This document shows positions 42,498-53,301 of a stretch of DNA of 55,457 nt, one piece after another (within the stretch, counting starts at the first letter, position 1; every line of letters starts with the position of its first letter). Source of the DNA: a virus. A program made the position numbers and the translations under genes. Under the pieces are notes generated by a model. That model had not been told where the DNA came from. It saw only the letters and a program-made list of their open reading frames with translations, and did not search any database. Location: the IMG/VR virus record IMGVR_UViG_3300045988_047237, positions 1 to 55,457 of that record, one strand, 5' to 3'.

Positions 42498-42892
42498 TAT
42501 GGGAAGAATACTTCCCTATGGCTTTTTCGCTTGGAATATCCTTAACAGAGTTTAAGCACCTTAACCCAACTAAACTTGCATTGTGTATTGAGGGCGAAAA
42601 GATGAAACAACGGCGCATTGATACTCTTGTATGGAGTATGTCGCGTGAGTACGGAATACCGATGATTGCTCTAGGCTCGAATAACGGTATTCTTGGCAAA
42701 AAGAAAGTCGATTTTCCGGAACGCCCAAACAGCGACGAATCAGATTCACCTGAGGTTGACGAGAATGGGGATGAGATATTATCTCCGGAAGAACTTGACC
42801 GACAGCGCAAGGCGTTTGTACTTAAGATGCGCACGATGAAGATAAATTGGGATTTAAACCATCCAAAGAAAGACGAGGGCGGTACAGCTTAA
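42024..42892 (+). CDS. tail assembly chaperone -1 frameshift product (GT-like)
   Basis: The -1 frame opens at 42374, just upstream of T_TTT_TTC (42377-83), and runs to 42892. Confidence 0.7.
42377..42383 (+). promoter_or_regulatory. -1 programmed ribosomal frameshift heptamer T TTT TTC
   Basis: Zero-frame codons ggt ttt ttc. X_XXY_YYZ pattern at the canonical location. Confidence 0.7.
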
Positions 42893-42946
42893 CGGCGTAC
42901 TGCCCTTTATTTTTTTATAAATTAAACAGAGAAAGTAGGTGCAAAA

Positions 42947-45900
42947 ATGGCAGATAACGACATTGACCGCTTGAAGATACAAGTCGAAGCCGAAGCGACT
43001 AAGGCAAGCAATGCAATAGACCGCTTGGCTAATAGTATGCTTAAGATGTCGCAAAGCCTTGGCGTAGATACGCACAAGCTGATGAACATTGCGACAAGTA
43101 TCAGACAAGTATCGGATGCGGCAACCGGCTTTAAAGGTGGCAAATCAGCCGAAATAACCTCTTTAGCACGAAGCCTTACCAAATTCTCATCTGTCGATAC
43201 AAACTCGATATATGGGATTTCTTCGGCGTTACAAAACCTTGCAAATGGTATGGCGGCGGCACAGAGTATAGACGCGAGCGGAATAGCCGGTCTTGTAAAT
43301 GCAATATCAAAACTTGGCGGCGTGAAGTCCACAGCCGGAACAGATAACTTGCTCCGTATGAAAGATGACCTTGTGCAATTCATACAAGGGATGAACTCTG
43401 TCGGAAGCCTTAATTTTGATGTTACCGGACTGTCAAACCTGATATACACGGTATCAAGGCTTGGTACGAATATATCAAGTAATGCCACGGCAAATTTACC
43501 GGGAATATCAACGCAGTTACAGAATTTTGTCCGTCAGATGAATGATATAGGCTCTATTAGTTTTGATGTAAATAGACTGTACAGTCTCACAAGTTCAATA
43601 TCAAGGCTTGGCGGTGTTGCATCGGGCAGGGCAATAACAAACATTCCGCAGTTGGCACAAGCGCTTAAGAACCTTATGGCAACCTTGGCGACGGCACCGC
43701 AGGTAAGCAATAATCTTATACAGATGACAAACGCGATTGCCAACCTTGCAGCACAAGGCAGTAAAGCAGGAACAGCATCAAAACGAATACAAAAAGGACT
43801 TGATAACGTATCAAGGAGTGCCACAACAGCGAAAGCCAAAACAGTGAGCCTTGCGCAGGTGTTTGGTAAGCTGTACGCGAATTTCTTTTGGGTTATTCGT
43901 GGCGTTAAAAAATTAAACAGTGCAATCCGAAGCACAACGGATTACATTGAAGCATTTAACTACTATACCGTAGCTTTTAACAAAATCGGTTCAGAATGGG
44001 GCGATGAATTTGCTAAATACGGTTATGACAATGCCACAGAATACGCGAACAGTTTTGCAAAGCGCGTAAACGATAAATTAGGCAAGTTATCCGGTCTTAA
44101 GGTTGATATAGATGCAGGACTTCTTGTTGAGAGCGGTGCGAAAAACCTTGGACTGAACATACAAGAGGTTACGCAATATGCGTCACAGCTTGCATCGGTA
44201 ACTAACTCATTAGGGCAGAGCGGAGAAACAACGACCGCAATAGCAAAGTCAATGACAATGCTTGCAGGCGATATAAGCTCTCTTTTTAATGTTGATTACT
44301 CAACAGTAGCAACGAATTTACAAAGCGGCTTAATCGGTCAATCAAGGGCAGAGTTGTTAGTTGCGTAAACAATGCGAAGTAACTAACAGTACCCACCATA
44401 GCGAAATTGCCAAGTAGGCTATGGATAAAAAGTGTGAAATTAAGCGGGGAAATGGTTTGCAACCACAATCCGAACCGAAGTATATCGGCAAAATGATATA
44501 CAGGGGCAACGCATAGAAGATGAACCTATAATTGAGATATTATAGAATATAATTCTTCCAAGAGGTCACACTATCGGGCAATACAGCACGCAGAGTGCTG
44601 TGGTAAAAAGCTATGCTGGACTATACTGTAATGGTATAGAAGTAAGGATAAAAAGCCTTACGATAACAACCGACTCTACAAGTACGGCATTGATATAACG
44701 AATGCTACATTACAGACATATGCCTATAACTTAGGCATTGAAAAATCCATAAGCGAAATGTCGCAAATGGAAAAACAGCAATTAAGAGTTCTTGCAATCC
44801 TCGACCAAAGCAAAGTATCGTGGGGCGATTTAGCTAATAGACGAAAGAAAGTTTACAGATTAACTTATCTTTCAAGTGTTGCATAAGAATAGAAATATCT
44901 TATGGCAATCGGGCAAAATCGGTGAAGGCTAAGGCTTTAAGCTATGCTAATACCGAGATAACTCAATAGATAGCGAAAGGTTATTGAGTATCGTAACGAG
45001 TAGGAAGTGAATAAATATAATCTTCCCAAGAGTGTCCGACACTACTGTATAAAGGACAGTATGAGGTGGAAGTGGCTACCACCAAACCAAACGTAAAACG
45101 TGGGTGATAATGTACTCTGAACTTGTAGGAAACTATAAGAAGCATAGGATAAAGAGCCTATGCGATAACATGATTGACAATAAATTCGCCAAACAATATG
45201 ATACGTCAGCTTAGTACGAACTTTAAGGAAACCGGAATGGTCTTAGGGCAGTTGTTTATACCTATGCTGCAAAAGGTTTTACCGGTTATCAACGGTGCTA
45301 CGATTGCGGTTAAGCGACTGTTAGTAAACATTGCGTCCCTTATGGGAATTAAGATTGACTTTGAAAGTTTCGGTCAAAGCGGTTACAAAGAGGAAAGCGG
45401 TGCCGTAGATGATGTTGCGGACAGCTACGATAATGCAGCCGCAGCCGCTAAAAAATGGCAAAATCAGCTTATGGGATTTGATGAAATCAATAAGCTTACG
45501 GAACAGAGCGATACAAGTAGCGGCAAAACGGCAGGTGCCAAAGATACACTTGACCTTACAGATGAAATTCTTAAGGCTACGGAAAATTACGAAAAGGTTT
45601 GGAACAAAGCCTTTGCAAATATGGAGAATGAAGCACAGAAATGGGCGGATAAAATTTACAACACGATTGTAAACCATAGGTGGTATGAAGCCGGAAAATT
45701 CATAGGTAGTCTATTGTCTGACGGTGTATCTTCTGTCGATTGGGAGGGTGTCGGAAAATGGATAAGCGATACCATATGCGGTGCCATTGATTTTGTCAGA
45801 GGTTTTATTGACGGTGTAGATTGGAATGAATTAGGCAAAGCCATTGTAGAAATGGTAAACAACATTGATGTTGGCGAAATAATTGTTTCAATCGCCAAAC

Positions 45901-47177
45901 TTGTGTTTTCACTAGCCGGTGCATTACTTGAATTTAATTGGGGAAGTTATCAAGGTGCCTGGGAAGAAGGTGGCGTAGGAGGAGTAATTGCAAGGATACT
46001 TGCCGGAAGTGCTCCTGGCTTGCCGATAATCATCAAGCTTACAACGGAAATTATCGCAAAGATAAAAGACACCGAATTTTTCAAGGCTATTAATGATTGG
46101 TGGGATGATAATGTCCTTCCAAAGCTTGAAAAGGCGTGGGAAATAAATACAAAGATTATCGCCGAAATAACGAATGTATTCAAGAACACCGCAAAGCAAT
46201 TATGGGATAACTTCAAAAAGGCGTGGAAGACTGTCGCAAAAGCCGGAATTGAAATTGTCAACGACTTTAAAAACACCGCGAAAGAAATGTGGGAAGATTT
46301 TAAAGACTCTTGGCTTGGAAGTTGGGTAATCTCAATCGGAAATGAGTTTGTCAATACCGCAAAACAGCTATGGGATAAGCTTAAGAACGAGTGGGATAGA
46401 ATACGCCATAATTGGATTGAAATAACTAACTTACTTAAGTTTACCGCAAGCGAATTGTGGGAAAGGTTCAAAGGAAGCGGTTTTGGAAAATGGGCAATCT
46501 CCATTGTCAATACACTTAAAAATACCGCATCGCAGTTATGGAACAATTTCAAGACGAATTGGGGCAATCGCGCGGTATCTATCATAAATACGCTTAGAAA
46601 CACGGCATCGGAATTGTGGGCGAAATTTAAAGCCGGTTGGAGAAACTTTGGAGTGAGCATAAAGAATGTTTTATTGCATCCTGCAAGTACATTGTATAAA
46701 AACTTTAAAATAGCTTGGTCGATAGCCGCTGCAGCCGGTGTTAAGATTTTTAACCGGTTAGCTGAAACTGCAAGGGAGTTATGGAACAAGTTCAAGGAAA
46801 ATTGGTATAAACTCAATCCGGTACTTAACATCGGACTAAGCCTGATTGACAAGATAAAAGGTCTCAGAGGCGGCGGTGGCGGAAGTGCTTTTGCAACCGG
46901 TGGATTTCCGGAAGACGGAGTATTCTATGCCAACCATAATGAACTTGTCGGACGTTTTTCCAACGGAAAGACAGCCGTCGCTAATAACGATCAGATAACT
47001 ACCGGTATTAGGGAAGCTGTAGTGAGTGGTATGTTACAAGTGTTTGGTGGTATGAATATGAGCAGTCAGCCTAGCCACATTGTAGTTCAGATTGACGGCA
47101 AAGAAGTATTCAGTGCTGTACAAAAGCAGGCAGATGACTTTACGACAAGAACCGGGCAACCGGCATTTTTAACCTAG
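42947..47177 (+). CDS. tail tape measure protein, three exons (42947..44349, 44673..44838, 45177..47177; ~1189 aa)
   Basis: ORF-1 ends ...LIGQSRA, the middle exon reads LYKYGIDITNATLQTYAYNLGIEKSISEMSQMEKQQLRVLAILDQSKVSWGDLAN, and ORF-3 resumes TINSPNNMIRQL. This is one continuous conserved TMP motif. Frames add up (1403+166+2001 nt). Confidence 0.75.
44350..44672 (+). mobile_element. ORF-less intron 1 in the tape measure gene (group I-like, ~323 nt; 5' boundary +/- 6 nt)
   Basis: Stops in all frames; many hairpins (e.g. acagcac/gtgctgt, ctatac/gtatag, gtaagg/ccttac). The 3' end ...ggataaaaagccttacgataacaaccg parallels intron 2. Ends in G. Confidence 0.6.
44839..45176 (+). mobile_element. ORF-less intron 2 in the tape measure gene (group I-like, 338 nt)
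   Basis: The 5' exon ends in T and the intron ends in G. Hairpins cataaga/tcttatg, gataactcaat/attgagtatc, ggtgg/ccacc, catagg/cctatg. Junction restores ...GDLAN|TINSPNN.... Confidence 0.65.
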
Positions 47178-47248
47178 TATAAAGAGAACACTTACAGAAA
47201 TGTAGGTGTTCTTTTTTTACCCAAAAATCAAGCGAAAGGCGGATTAGA

Positions 47249-47614
47249 ATGAGCGAATGGCTTAAGATTGGCAACCTCAAAATGCCGAAAATATCCGGAT
47301 TAACACCGAGTTGGAATAAAGTGTGGAGCACAAATACCGGACGTAACGCAGAAGCGACAATGGTAGGCACGATAAAAGCGATAAAGAAAAAACTTGAAGT
47401 AGCTTTTGTTCCGTTATCACAGTCCGAACTGAACACGATACGGACAGCCGTAAATAACATCAAAACACCTTATGTAACAGTATCGTATCAGCTTAATTCG
47501 GGCGAAACAGGCAGCTTTACGGCATATACCGGAGATTTAGCCGGACAGCTTTATCTTGATGCGCCCGGCAAGACAATCTATAAAGATGTCAAAATCAGTA
47601 TTATCGAGAAATAG
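47249..47614 (+). CDS. tail protein (small, function unknown)
   Basis: 121 aa downstream of the tape measure gene. Confidence 0.5.
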   Translation: MSEWLKIGNLKMPKISGLTPSWNKVWSTNTGRNAEATMVGTIKAIKKKLEVAFVPLSQSELNTIRTAVNNIKTPYVTVSYQLNSGETGSFTAYTGDLAGQLYLDAPGKTIYKDVKISIIEK

Positions 47615-47625
47615 GAGAACGAGCA

Positions 47626-48009
47626 ATGAAATTATTTGAAGTAGTATCGGTATCAAACGGACTTAGAATACTTGACGGAAAGCGACTTCCGGCAAAAATT
47701 AATTACGCGCTTATGAAGAATAAAAAAGCACTTCTTGGAGAATTGCAGGGCATCCAGGAACAGCGTATTGAGATTATGAAGTCGCACGCAAAGAAAGATG
47801 ACAACGGCGAACCGGTATCGGAAAACGGACAGTTCATCTTTGAGAGCGATGCAGACAGAGAGGAAGCCACAAATGAATATGCGGAATTACTCAATGTAGA
47901 TGCCAACATTGACATTATGACGGTTACTTTTGATGATATTGTCAAGTGTGACGATATGGAACCGCTCACGACATCAGAGATTGAAGCATTGGAGTTTATG
48001 ATTGATTAA
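47626..48009 (+). CDS. hypothetical tail-region protein
   Basis: 127 aa after aggag. Confidence 0.5.
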   Translation: MKLFEVVSVSNGLRILDGKRLPAKINYALMKNKKALLGELQGIQEQRIEIMKSHAKKDDNGEPVSENGQFIFESDADREEATNEYAELLNVDANIDIMTVTFDDIVKCDDMEPLTTSEIEALEFMID

Positions 48010-48027
48010 TAATCGGGAGGTAGTTCA

Positions 48028-51000
48028 ATGAGAACTGCAAGCACGGGTTTCATAGCGGCGGCAACAACCGACTATGCACGATACTACGGCAAATTTACCG
48101 TAGGCGAAACAGAATATACAGTACCGCTTACCGACTTAAAGGTAACGGCATCAGAAAATGGAAGTAGTGACTTAACGATAGGTAACGCACAATCGTCAAG
48201 CATTACTTTTTCTATTTATGAAGATACAGTTGACATCGAGAATAGAGAAATGATCTTATTCGAGGGATTAGAGGTATCAGAGGGCAACATAGAATATATC
48301 CAAATTGGAATATTTAAGATAACATCTGCCACGGCGGAAGAGGGAAAAACATCTTACACCGGATATGACCGTATGTACAGCAGTATGGAAATGACGTATG
48401 TGTCAAAACTGAAATATCCGAACAAAGATATTAACATCGTCAAGGAGATATGCACACAAGCCGGTATCACGTTTGTTGAAAGCACAATGGACGATAAGAC
48501 AATATCCATTGCAACCGCCCCAAAAGGATATACAAGGCGCGAAATGTTAGGCTATCTGTCGGCAAGGCAGGGTAAAAATGCTGTCATCAACTCACAAGGT
48601 CAGCTTGAATTTCGGTGGTACAAAGACGCTGATTACACCATACGTCCGACCAAATACTATGAGAATGGCTTAAAGTTCACGACAAGCAAGGCTTTTAAGG
48701 TTGAAAAGATAGTATGTGAGGTTGCTACGGATAACGACAGCAAAACCCTTACAAGCGGTAATGGTACTATGGCAATCAACATATCTAATCCGTTTATGAC
48801 GCAGGCGGTTCTTGATGCCGTATACAAGAAGATAGGCGGTTTTACTTATAGACCGCTTACGGTTGAATGTCTCGGCGATTGGCGACTTGAAGTTGGGGAT
48901 ATTGTCAAAGTAACATTTGACGGCGTAGAGTATTCCGCCCCGATTACAAGTATTGTTTACGATTGTGACGGCGGTCTTAAATGCTCGATTGAGAGTTGTG
49001 GACAGTCTGACACAAATAATTCAATCAATCCCACGGGTCCGATAACATCTCAAATGCAAAGGCTGACAGCGGAACTCATAACAGCTAATCAGGTTATCGC
49101 GACCAAAATATCCGCGGAGCAGGCAGACATCAAGTACGCAACGATTGCTAATCTTAACGCGCTATCGGGCAAATTTGACACGTTAAGCGCAAAGGCAATA
49201 ACTACGGATAACCTAGCCGCCGCGACCGCTAAATTAGGCTATATGACAGCAGAACAAGCGGATATTAAGTACGCGAATATCGAATTGACAAATATCAACA
49301 CCGCAAACGTGGCTACATTGTTTGCAAATGTCGGCTTGATTGACCGTGCAACCGTAGTTGAGGGGCATATAACCGGTTTTCTCGACAGTGTAGAGGTAAA
49401 CGCAAATAAGATAACCGCCGGAACACTTGTTGCGGATAGAATACTTCTCAAAGGTTCGGAAAGCGGATTGCTTTATGCACTTAATAATCTTGGCGAACTG
49501 ACAAGCACTACGGTTGACAGCTTAGACGGATATGTACTCACTGACCGTACAATCAATGCGGATAAGATAGTCGCAAACAGCATAACCGCAAATGAACTTG
49601 ATGTCGAGAACATATTCGCTGATAATGCGGTAATCTCAACGATTACTTCACAATCGGCATTTATCAACGCTATCAGCACAAATAGTGTGGTTGTAGGCAT
49701 AAAGAATACCGTAGACAATTTATCCGTGGGTGACCGGAATTTACTCCTTGCGACTAAGAATTTCGGGAATATATCTACATCAAATGGCGATTGGCTAATG
49801 TCCACAGATGATGATGGATTTACAGTCGCAAGTCGAAATGGTAATGGTAATTGGAATGCTATACGAACAATTACTGACGTTGACGCTACGAATAATGCAC
49901 AATCCGATAAGCAAGTGGTTATCACCATTGACGCGAAAGCGGATGACCTTGCGACCTATCCGAAAAACTATCTCGTAGCTTGTGAAGTTTATGGCTCAAA
50001 TGACGGATTTAAAACGTGGTATCGCGCAGTATATACAAATTCTTATTTTGACGGTTCGGGGAATAATTTAAAGTATTTAGCCGGCACAAGAGAAAACAAT
50101 AAATGGTGTACATTAAGTTTTACTATGACATTGGATAAACTGACATCCGGTTCGTGGGGAACGTATAACGAATACCGTTATGGAGTAGCCGTATACACAA
50201 CAAATAATAACACTAGCCATACAATCAGTGTTCGTAAATTCAAAATGTCATTCGGTAATGTTCCGTCAGATTGGTCGCCTGCACCCGAAGATATATCGGT
50301 TGAGAATATCTATTCCGCAAACACCACAACGATTGACGGTGGGAAAATTACAACCGGCAGTATTACGGCAGACAAGATAAGTGTTGATGATTTAAGTGCA
50401 ATCACGGCTAAAATCGGTTCGTGGAGCATAACAACGAACAAAATTTATGCCGGAGATGCCGAAACCGGAACAGCAGTTATGCAAAGACCGACTGTAAACA
50501 CAAAATGGGTATTTGCGGCCGGTGGTAAAGACCATACTAATTACGGAGATTGTCCGTTTAGAGTCGATAAAGAGGGCAACCTTTACTCAACAAGTGGAAC
50601 AATCGGCGGATTTACAATCGGTGCTGATTATTTAAGAACAAAAGCAGACAGCCGTGGCTATAAATTTGGAATGAGTTCTAACGCACAGCCGACCGGAATA
50701 TGTTCGTATATCGGCAAAGAGGGTACGGACTATGACTATGTATATAGGCTTGGTTGGGACGGCAGTGTGGAAACATCTAAGCTGACAGCCGGTGGAGCAG
50801 TATTCGGAAGTGGGCGTGTTTATTTTGAAGCAACCGAAAAAGCATATCTGACAAAGGGCGATAGCATACCTATCGTATTTTCTACCGGCGGATATATAAC
50901 CGGTGGCGGTCAGACAGTAGCTTTTTTTCTCCCGACAAGGCTTATTATCGGCGCGAGCAAAGCAACACTCTCATTTACATCAAGTGAGGGTGTTAGGGTC

Positions 51001-51183
51001 AGACAAGGTGGAAAATATTGTTATGGCTCTACGGCTGAAACGAATGTCAGACCAAGGTCTCAATCAATATCGTTAAGCGGAGAACCAGGCGTGAATGTGC
51101 AATTAGTAATGCCGAACTCAACGAATGCAATCAACAATGATGCTTGTGGCGTGTCATTAACCGGCACACTTAAATTATCTTAG
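48028..51183 (+). CDS. tail tip / minor structural protein (prophage tail endopeptidase-like N-terminus, fibre-like C-terminus)
   Basis: 1051 aa; position after the tape measure; repeat-rich middle (ITADKI.., ITANEL..). Confidence 0.65.
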   Translation: MRTASTGFIAAATTDYARYYGKFTVGETEYTVPLTDLKVTASENGSSDLTIGNAQSSSITFSIYEDTVDIENREMILFEGLEVSEGNIEYIQIGIFKITSATAEEGKTSYTGYDRMYSSMEMTYVSKLKYPNKDINIVKEICTQAGITFVESTMDDKTISIATAPKGYTRREMLGYLSARQGKNAVINSQGQLEFRWYKDADYTIRPTKYYENGLKFTTSKAFKVEKIVCEVATDNDSKTLTSGNGTMAINISNPFMTQAVLDAVYKKIGGFTYRPLTVECLGDWRLEVGDIVKVTFDGVEYSAPITSIVYDCDGGLKCSIESCGQSDTNNSINPTGPITSQMQRLTAELITANQVIATKISAEQADIKYATIANLNALSGKFDTLSAKAITTDNLAAATAKLGYMTAEQADIKYANIELTNINTANVATLFANVGLIDRATVVEGHITGFLDSVEVNANKITAGTLVADRILLKGSESGLLYALNNLGELTSTTVDSLDGYVLTDRTINADKIVANSITANELDVENIFADNAVISTITSQSAFINAISTNSVVVGIKNTVDNLSVGDRNLLLATKNFGNISTSNGDWLMSTDDDGFTVASRNGNGNWNAIRTITDVDATNNAQSDKQVVITIDAKADDLATYPKNYLVACEVYGSNDGFKTWYRAVYTNSYFDGSGNNLKYLAGTRENNKWCTLSFTMTLDKLTSGSWGTYNEYRYGVAVYTTNNNTSHTISVRKFKMSFGNVPSDWSPAPEDISVENIYSANTTTIDGGKITTGSITADKISVDDLSAITAKIGSWSITTNKIYAGDAETGTAVMQRPTVNTKWVFAAGGKDHTNYGDCPFRVDKEGNLYSTSGTIGGFTIGADYLRTKADSRGYKFGMSSNAQPTGICSYIGKEGTDYDYVYRLGWDGSVETSKLTAGGAVFGSGRVYFEATEKAYLTKGDSIPIVFSTGGYITGGGQTVAFFLPTRLIIGASKATLSFTSSEGVRVRQGGKYCYGSTAETNVRPRSQSISLSGEPGVNVQLVMPNSTNAINNDACGVSLTGTLKLS

Positions 51184-51196
51184 GAGGTAAAAAATT

Positions 51197-52180
51197 ATGA
51201 GTAGTAGAGTATTAGAAGATGCAGTAAATCAGATTACCTGCACATACAAGACACATTGCGATAACAAAAAGAATGGCAATGCGTGGGCGCGAGGCATAGA
51301 CCTTGTGAAATACAAATCACAGCTTGATTTTGTTACCGCACATTCAGACGGTACGGTTATCAAGGTTATAGCTTATCTCTCCGGCACAAACGGTGTGCCT
51401 GACAAAGAGGGAATGGGATATGGCAATTATGTAATGATTAAGCATAACGACAAGATATGCACCTTGTACGCACACCTCGAAAAGGTATATGTAAATGAGG
51501 GCGAATTTGTCAAGAAAGGACAGCGCATCGGCTTTATGGGAAATACCGGTGGAAGTTACGGAGCGCATCTTCACTTTGAGGTCAGAGAGTACCCTAACGG
51601 CATCCCTACAAGCGGTTTACACGACGAGAGCAAGTATAAATGGCTTGACCCTACACCGTACATTGATGCCGACATTACCGGCATTAATACGGCAGAATAC
51701 AAGCTTAACGGACTTGATTATTCGCCGGTATTCAATCCGAAATATTACCTCAATAAATATGCTGACCTTAAAACGGCTTTCGGCAGTGATTATGACAAGG
51801 CTTGGGCGCACTTTAAGCAGTATGGTATGAAAGAAGCAAGGCAGGCAAGCGCGGAATTTAACGTGATTGCCTACAAAGAGAATTATGCCGACTTAAGAGA
51901 TGCGTTTGGCGATAATCTTCCGCTGTACTATGAGCATTATTGCAATTACGGACGTAAAGAGGGTAGGAATGCAAGGACGGTTGAAAAGAAAACACTGACA
52001 CTGACAAGCTACCCGAATTATACAAGCGGCAATGGATTTTACCGCGTAAGGAAGTCTTACAGAGACGAGAAGAACGCAATCGGTTCTTACTGTACTTGGA
52101 GTAGTGCGTACAAGACTTGGAAGAGATACAAGTCAAGCGGTTACCATATCTACGATAAAAACGGCAAACAGCTTGATTAA
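51197..52180 (+). CDS. endolysin, M23 peptidase domain plus C-terminal repeats
   Basis: GYGNYVMIKH...LYAHL...GNTGGSYGAHLHFEV is the M23 signature. Duplicated Y..KY.DL..AFG motif follows. Confidence 0.8.
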   Translation: MSSRVLEDAVNQITCTYKTHCDNKKNGNAWARGIDLVKYKSQLDFVTAHSDGTVIKVIAYLSGTNGVPDKEGMGYGNYVMIKHNDKICTLYAHLEKVYVNEGEFVKKGQRIGFMGNTGGSYGAHLHFEVREYPNGIPTSGLHDESKYKWLDPTPYIDADITGINTAEYKLNGLDYSPVFNPKYYLNKYADLKTAFGSDYDKAWAHFKQYGMKEARQASAEFNVIAYKENYADLRDAFGDNLPLYYEHYCNYGRKEGRNARTVEKKTLTLTSYPNYTSGNGFYRVRKSYRDEKNAIGSYCTWSSAYKTWKRYKSSGYHIYDKNGKQLD

Positions 52181-52226
52181 GGACATTAAAAAGGCGTGTG
52201 GTACTTATGTACTGCACGCCTTATTT

Positions 52227-52931
52227 TTATTTCGATAAAATATCTACATAGAACATATCAAGGTTTATCTCTTGACCGCTTGAACCGTCAATGAAATTTG
52301 TGGTATCTACAAGTCCATTAAAAGTTCCGTATATTCTTATTATATCTTCTTCTAACAGCTTTTCATAGTCTTTAGCAGATTTATCTCTCTTATCCGTTAC
52401 AAAGAACATATCGCCATCGTAAATATCGTATTCCGGGTCTTTGGTAAATACCTTGTATGTGGTAGTGCCGAAAGAGGTTGATACGTCAAATATTTGTACA
52501 TCAATGTAAAAATTCTGTCCTTTATACTTATCGGGATTGCGCTTAACATCTTTATAGTTGAGTTCCGAGCAGGTAGCGGCAAAATCATCCTTAGACAAGT
52601 CGGTTTTTGAAGATGAAGTATTGCTACCTGATACAGCAATTATTATTGTGATTACCATTAATGCGGTTGCAATAGAGCCAAGGACAAGACCGGCTGTGGC
52701 GGTTCCACCCTTATAACCGTATCTTTTGTTCGCACTTGAACCGGTTGCGCCTAGCACAATCGCTATAATGCCTAGAATACCGCCGACAAATATAAATGAT
52801 GTTAGTATACCTATGATACCTAAGACAAGTGCCGCTGTGCCTTTTGGCTTGTATGGTTGCGGTTGTGGTTGCGGTGGGAACGGTTGTTGCCATTGTGGTG
52901 GTTGCTGATAAAATTGATTATTATTATCCAT
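52227..52931 (-). CDS. membrane protein with Pro/Gln-rich N-terminus (lysogenic-conversion / exclusion candidate)
   Basis: ATG at 52931 (minus) after ggagag. Two TM helices, then a soluble beta-rich domain. Opposite strand, between the lysin and the repressor. Confidence 0.65.
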   Translation of the reverse strand: MDNNNQFYQQPPQWQQPFPPQPQPQPYKPKGTAALVLGIIGILTSFIFVGGILGIIAIVLGATGSSANKRYGYKGGTATAGLVLGSIATALMVITIIIAVSGSNTSSSKTDLSKDDFAATCSELNYKDVKRNPDKYKGQNFYIDVQIFDVSTSFGTTTYKVFTKDPEYDIYDGDMFFVTDKRDKSAKDYEKLLEEDIIRIYGTFNGLVDTTNFIDGSSGQEINLDMFYVDILSK

Positions 52932-53301
52932 ATGTCTCTCCTTGTAAAATCGTGTCGAGAATTGCGATAGAATACCGCGTATGCCCGACAAAATGTGTGA
53001 TATGATTGTAAATGTCCTCGGAAAGAGGATATTCAAGTTCCGATGTGGCGGTGTTTGGTAGCGCGGCACCGTCACTAGAACTTAATGATACTTTATGTGG
53101 GATATTTTGTCAATGTGGGTTGACAAGCAAGAACAAATGTTCTAATATAGGCATATCGCTACTGTAATCGTGTGGTATTCGGGAGGGTTGTTGTATGGAA
53201 TGTAAACAAAAAATAATAGATGAGGTCAATGAGTGCCAAAATGGCAGATTTCTCGAATTTTTATATCGAATGATATTATCATTCAAAAAAAAGTGGGGCA
53301 T

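Noticed and set aside
44366-45176. Two or three independent tape-measure-like genes separated by ordinary intergenic DNA.
   Set aside because: The middle 55-codon segment has no start codon or RBS. The protein motif is continuous across both junctions. The downstream ORF lacks an ATG and RBS (the track start is an internal TTG preceded by TGA). The two gaps share structured, paralogous sequence.
45950-46852. A 300-aa antisense ORF inside the tape measure gene, plus similar antisense ORFs at 41639-42226, 42922-43488, 37252-37830 and 20332-20865.
   Set aside because: These are shadow ORFs opposite strongly supported plus-strand genes. They have low-complexity Ser/Leu-rich translations, no RBS and no room for promoters.
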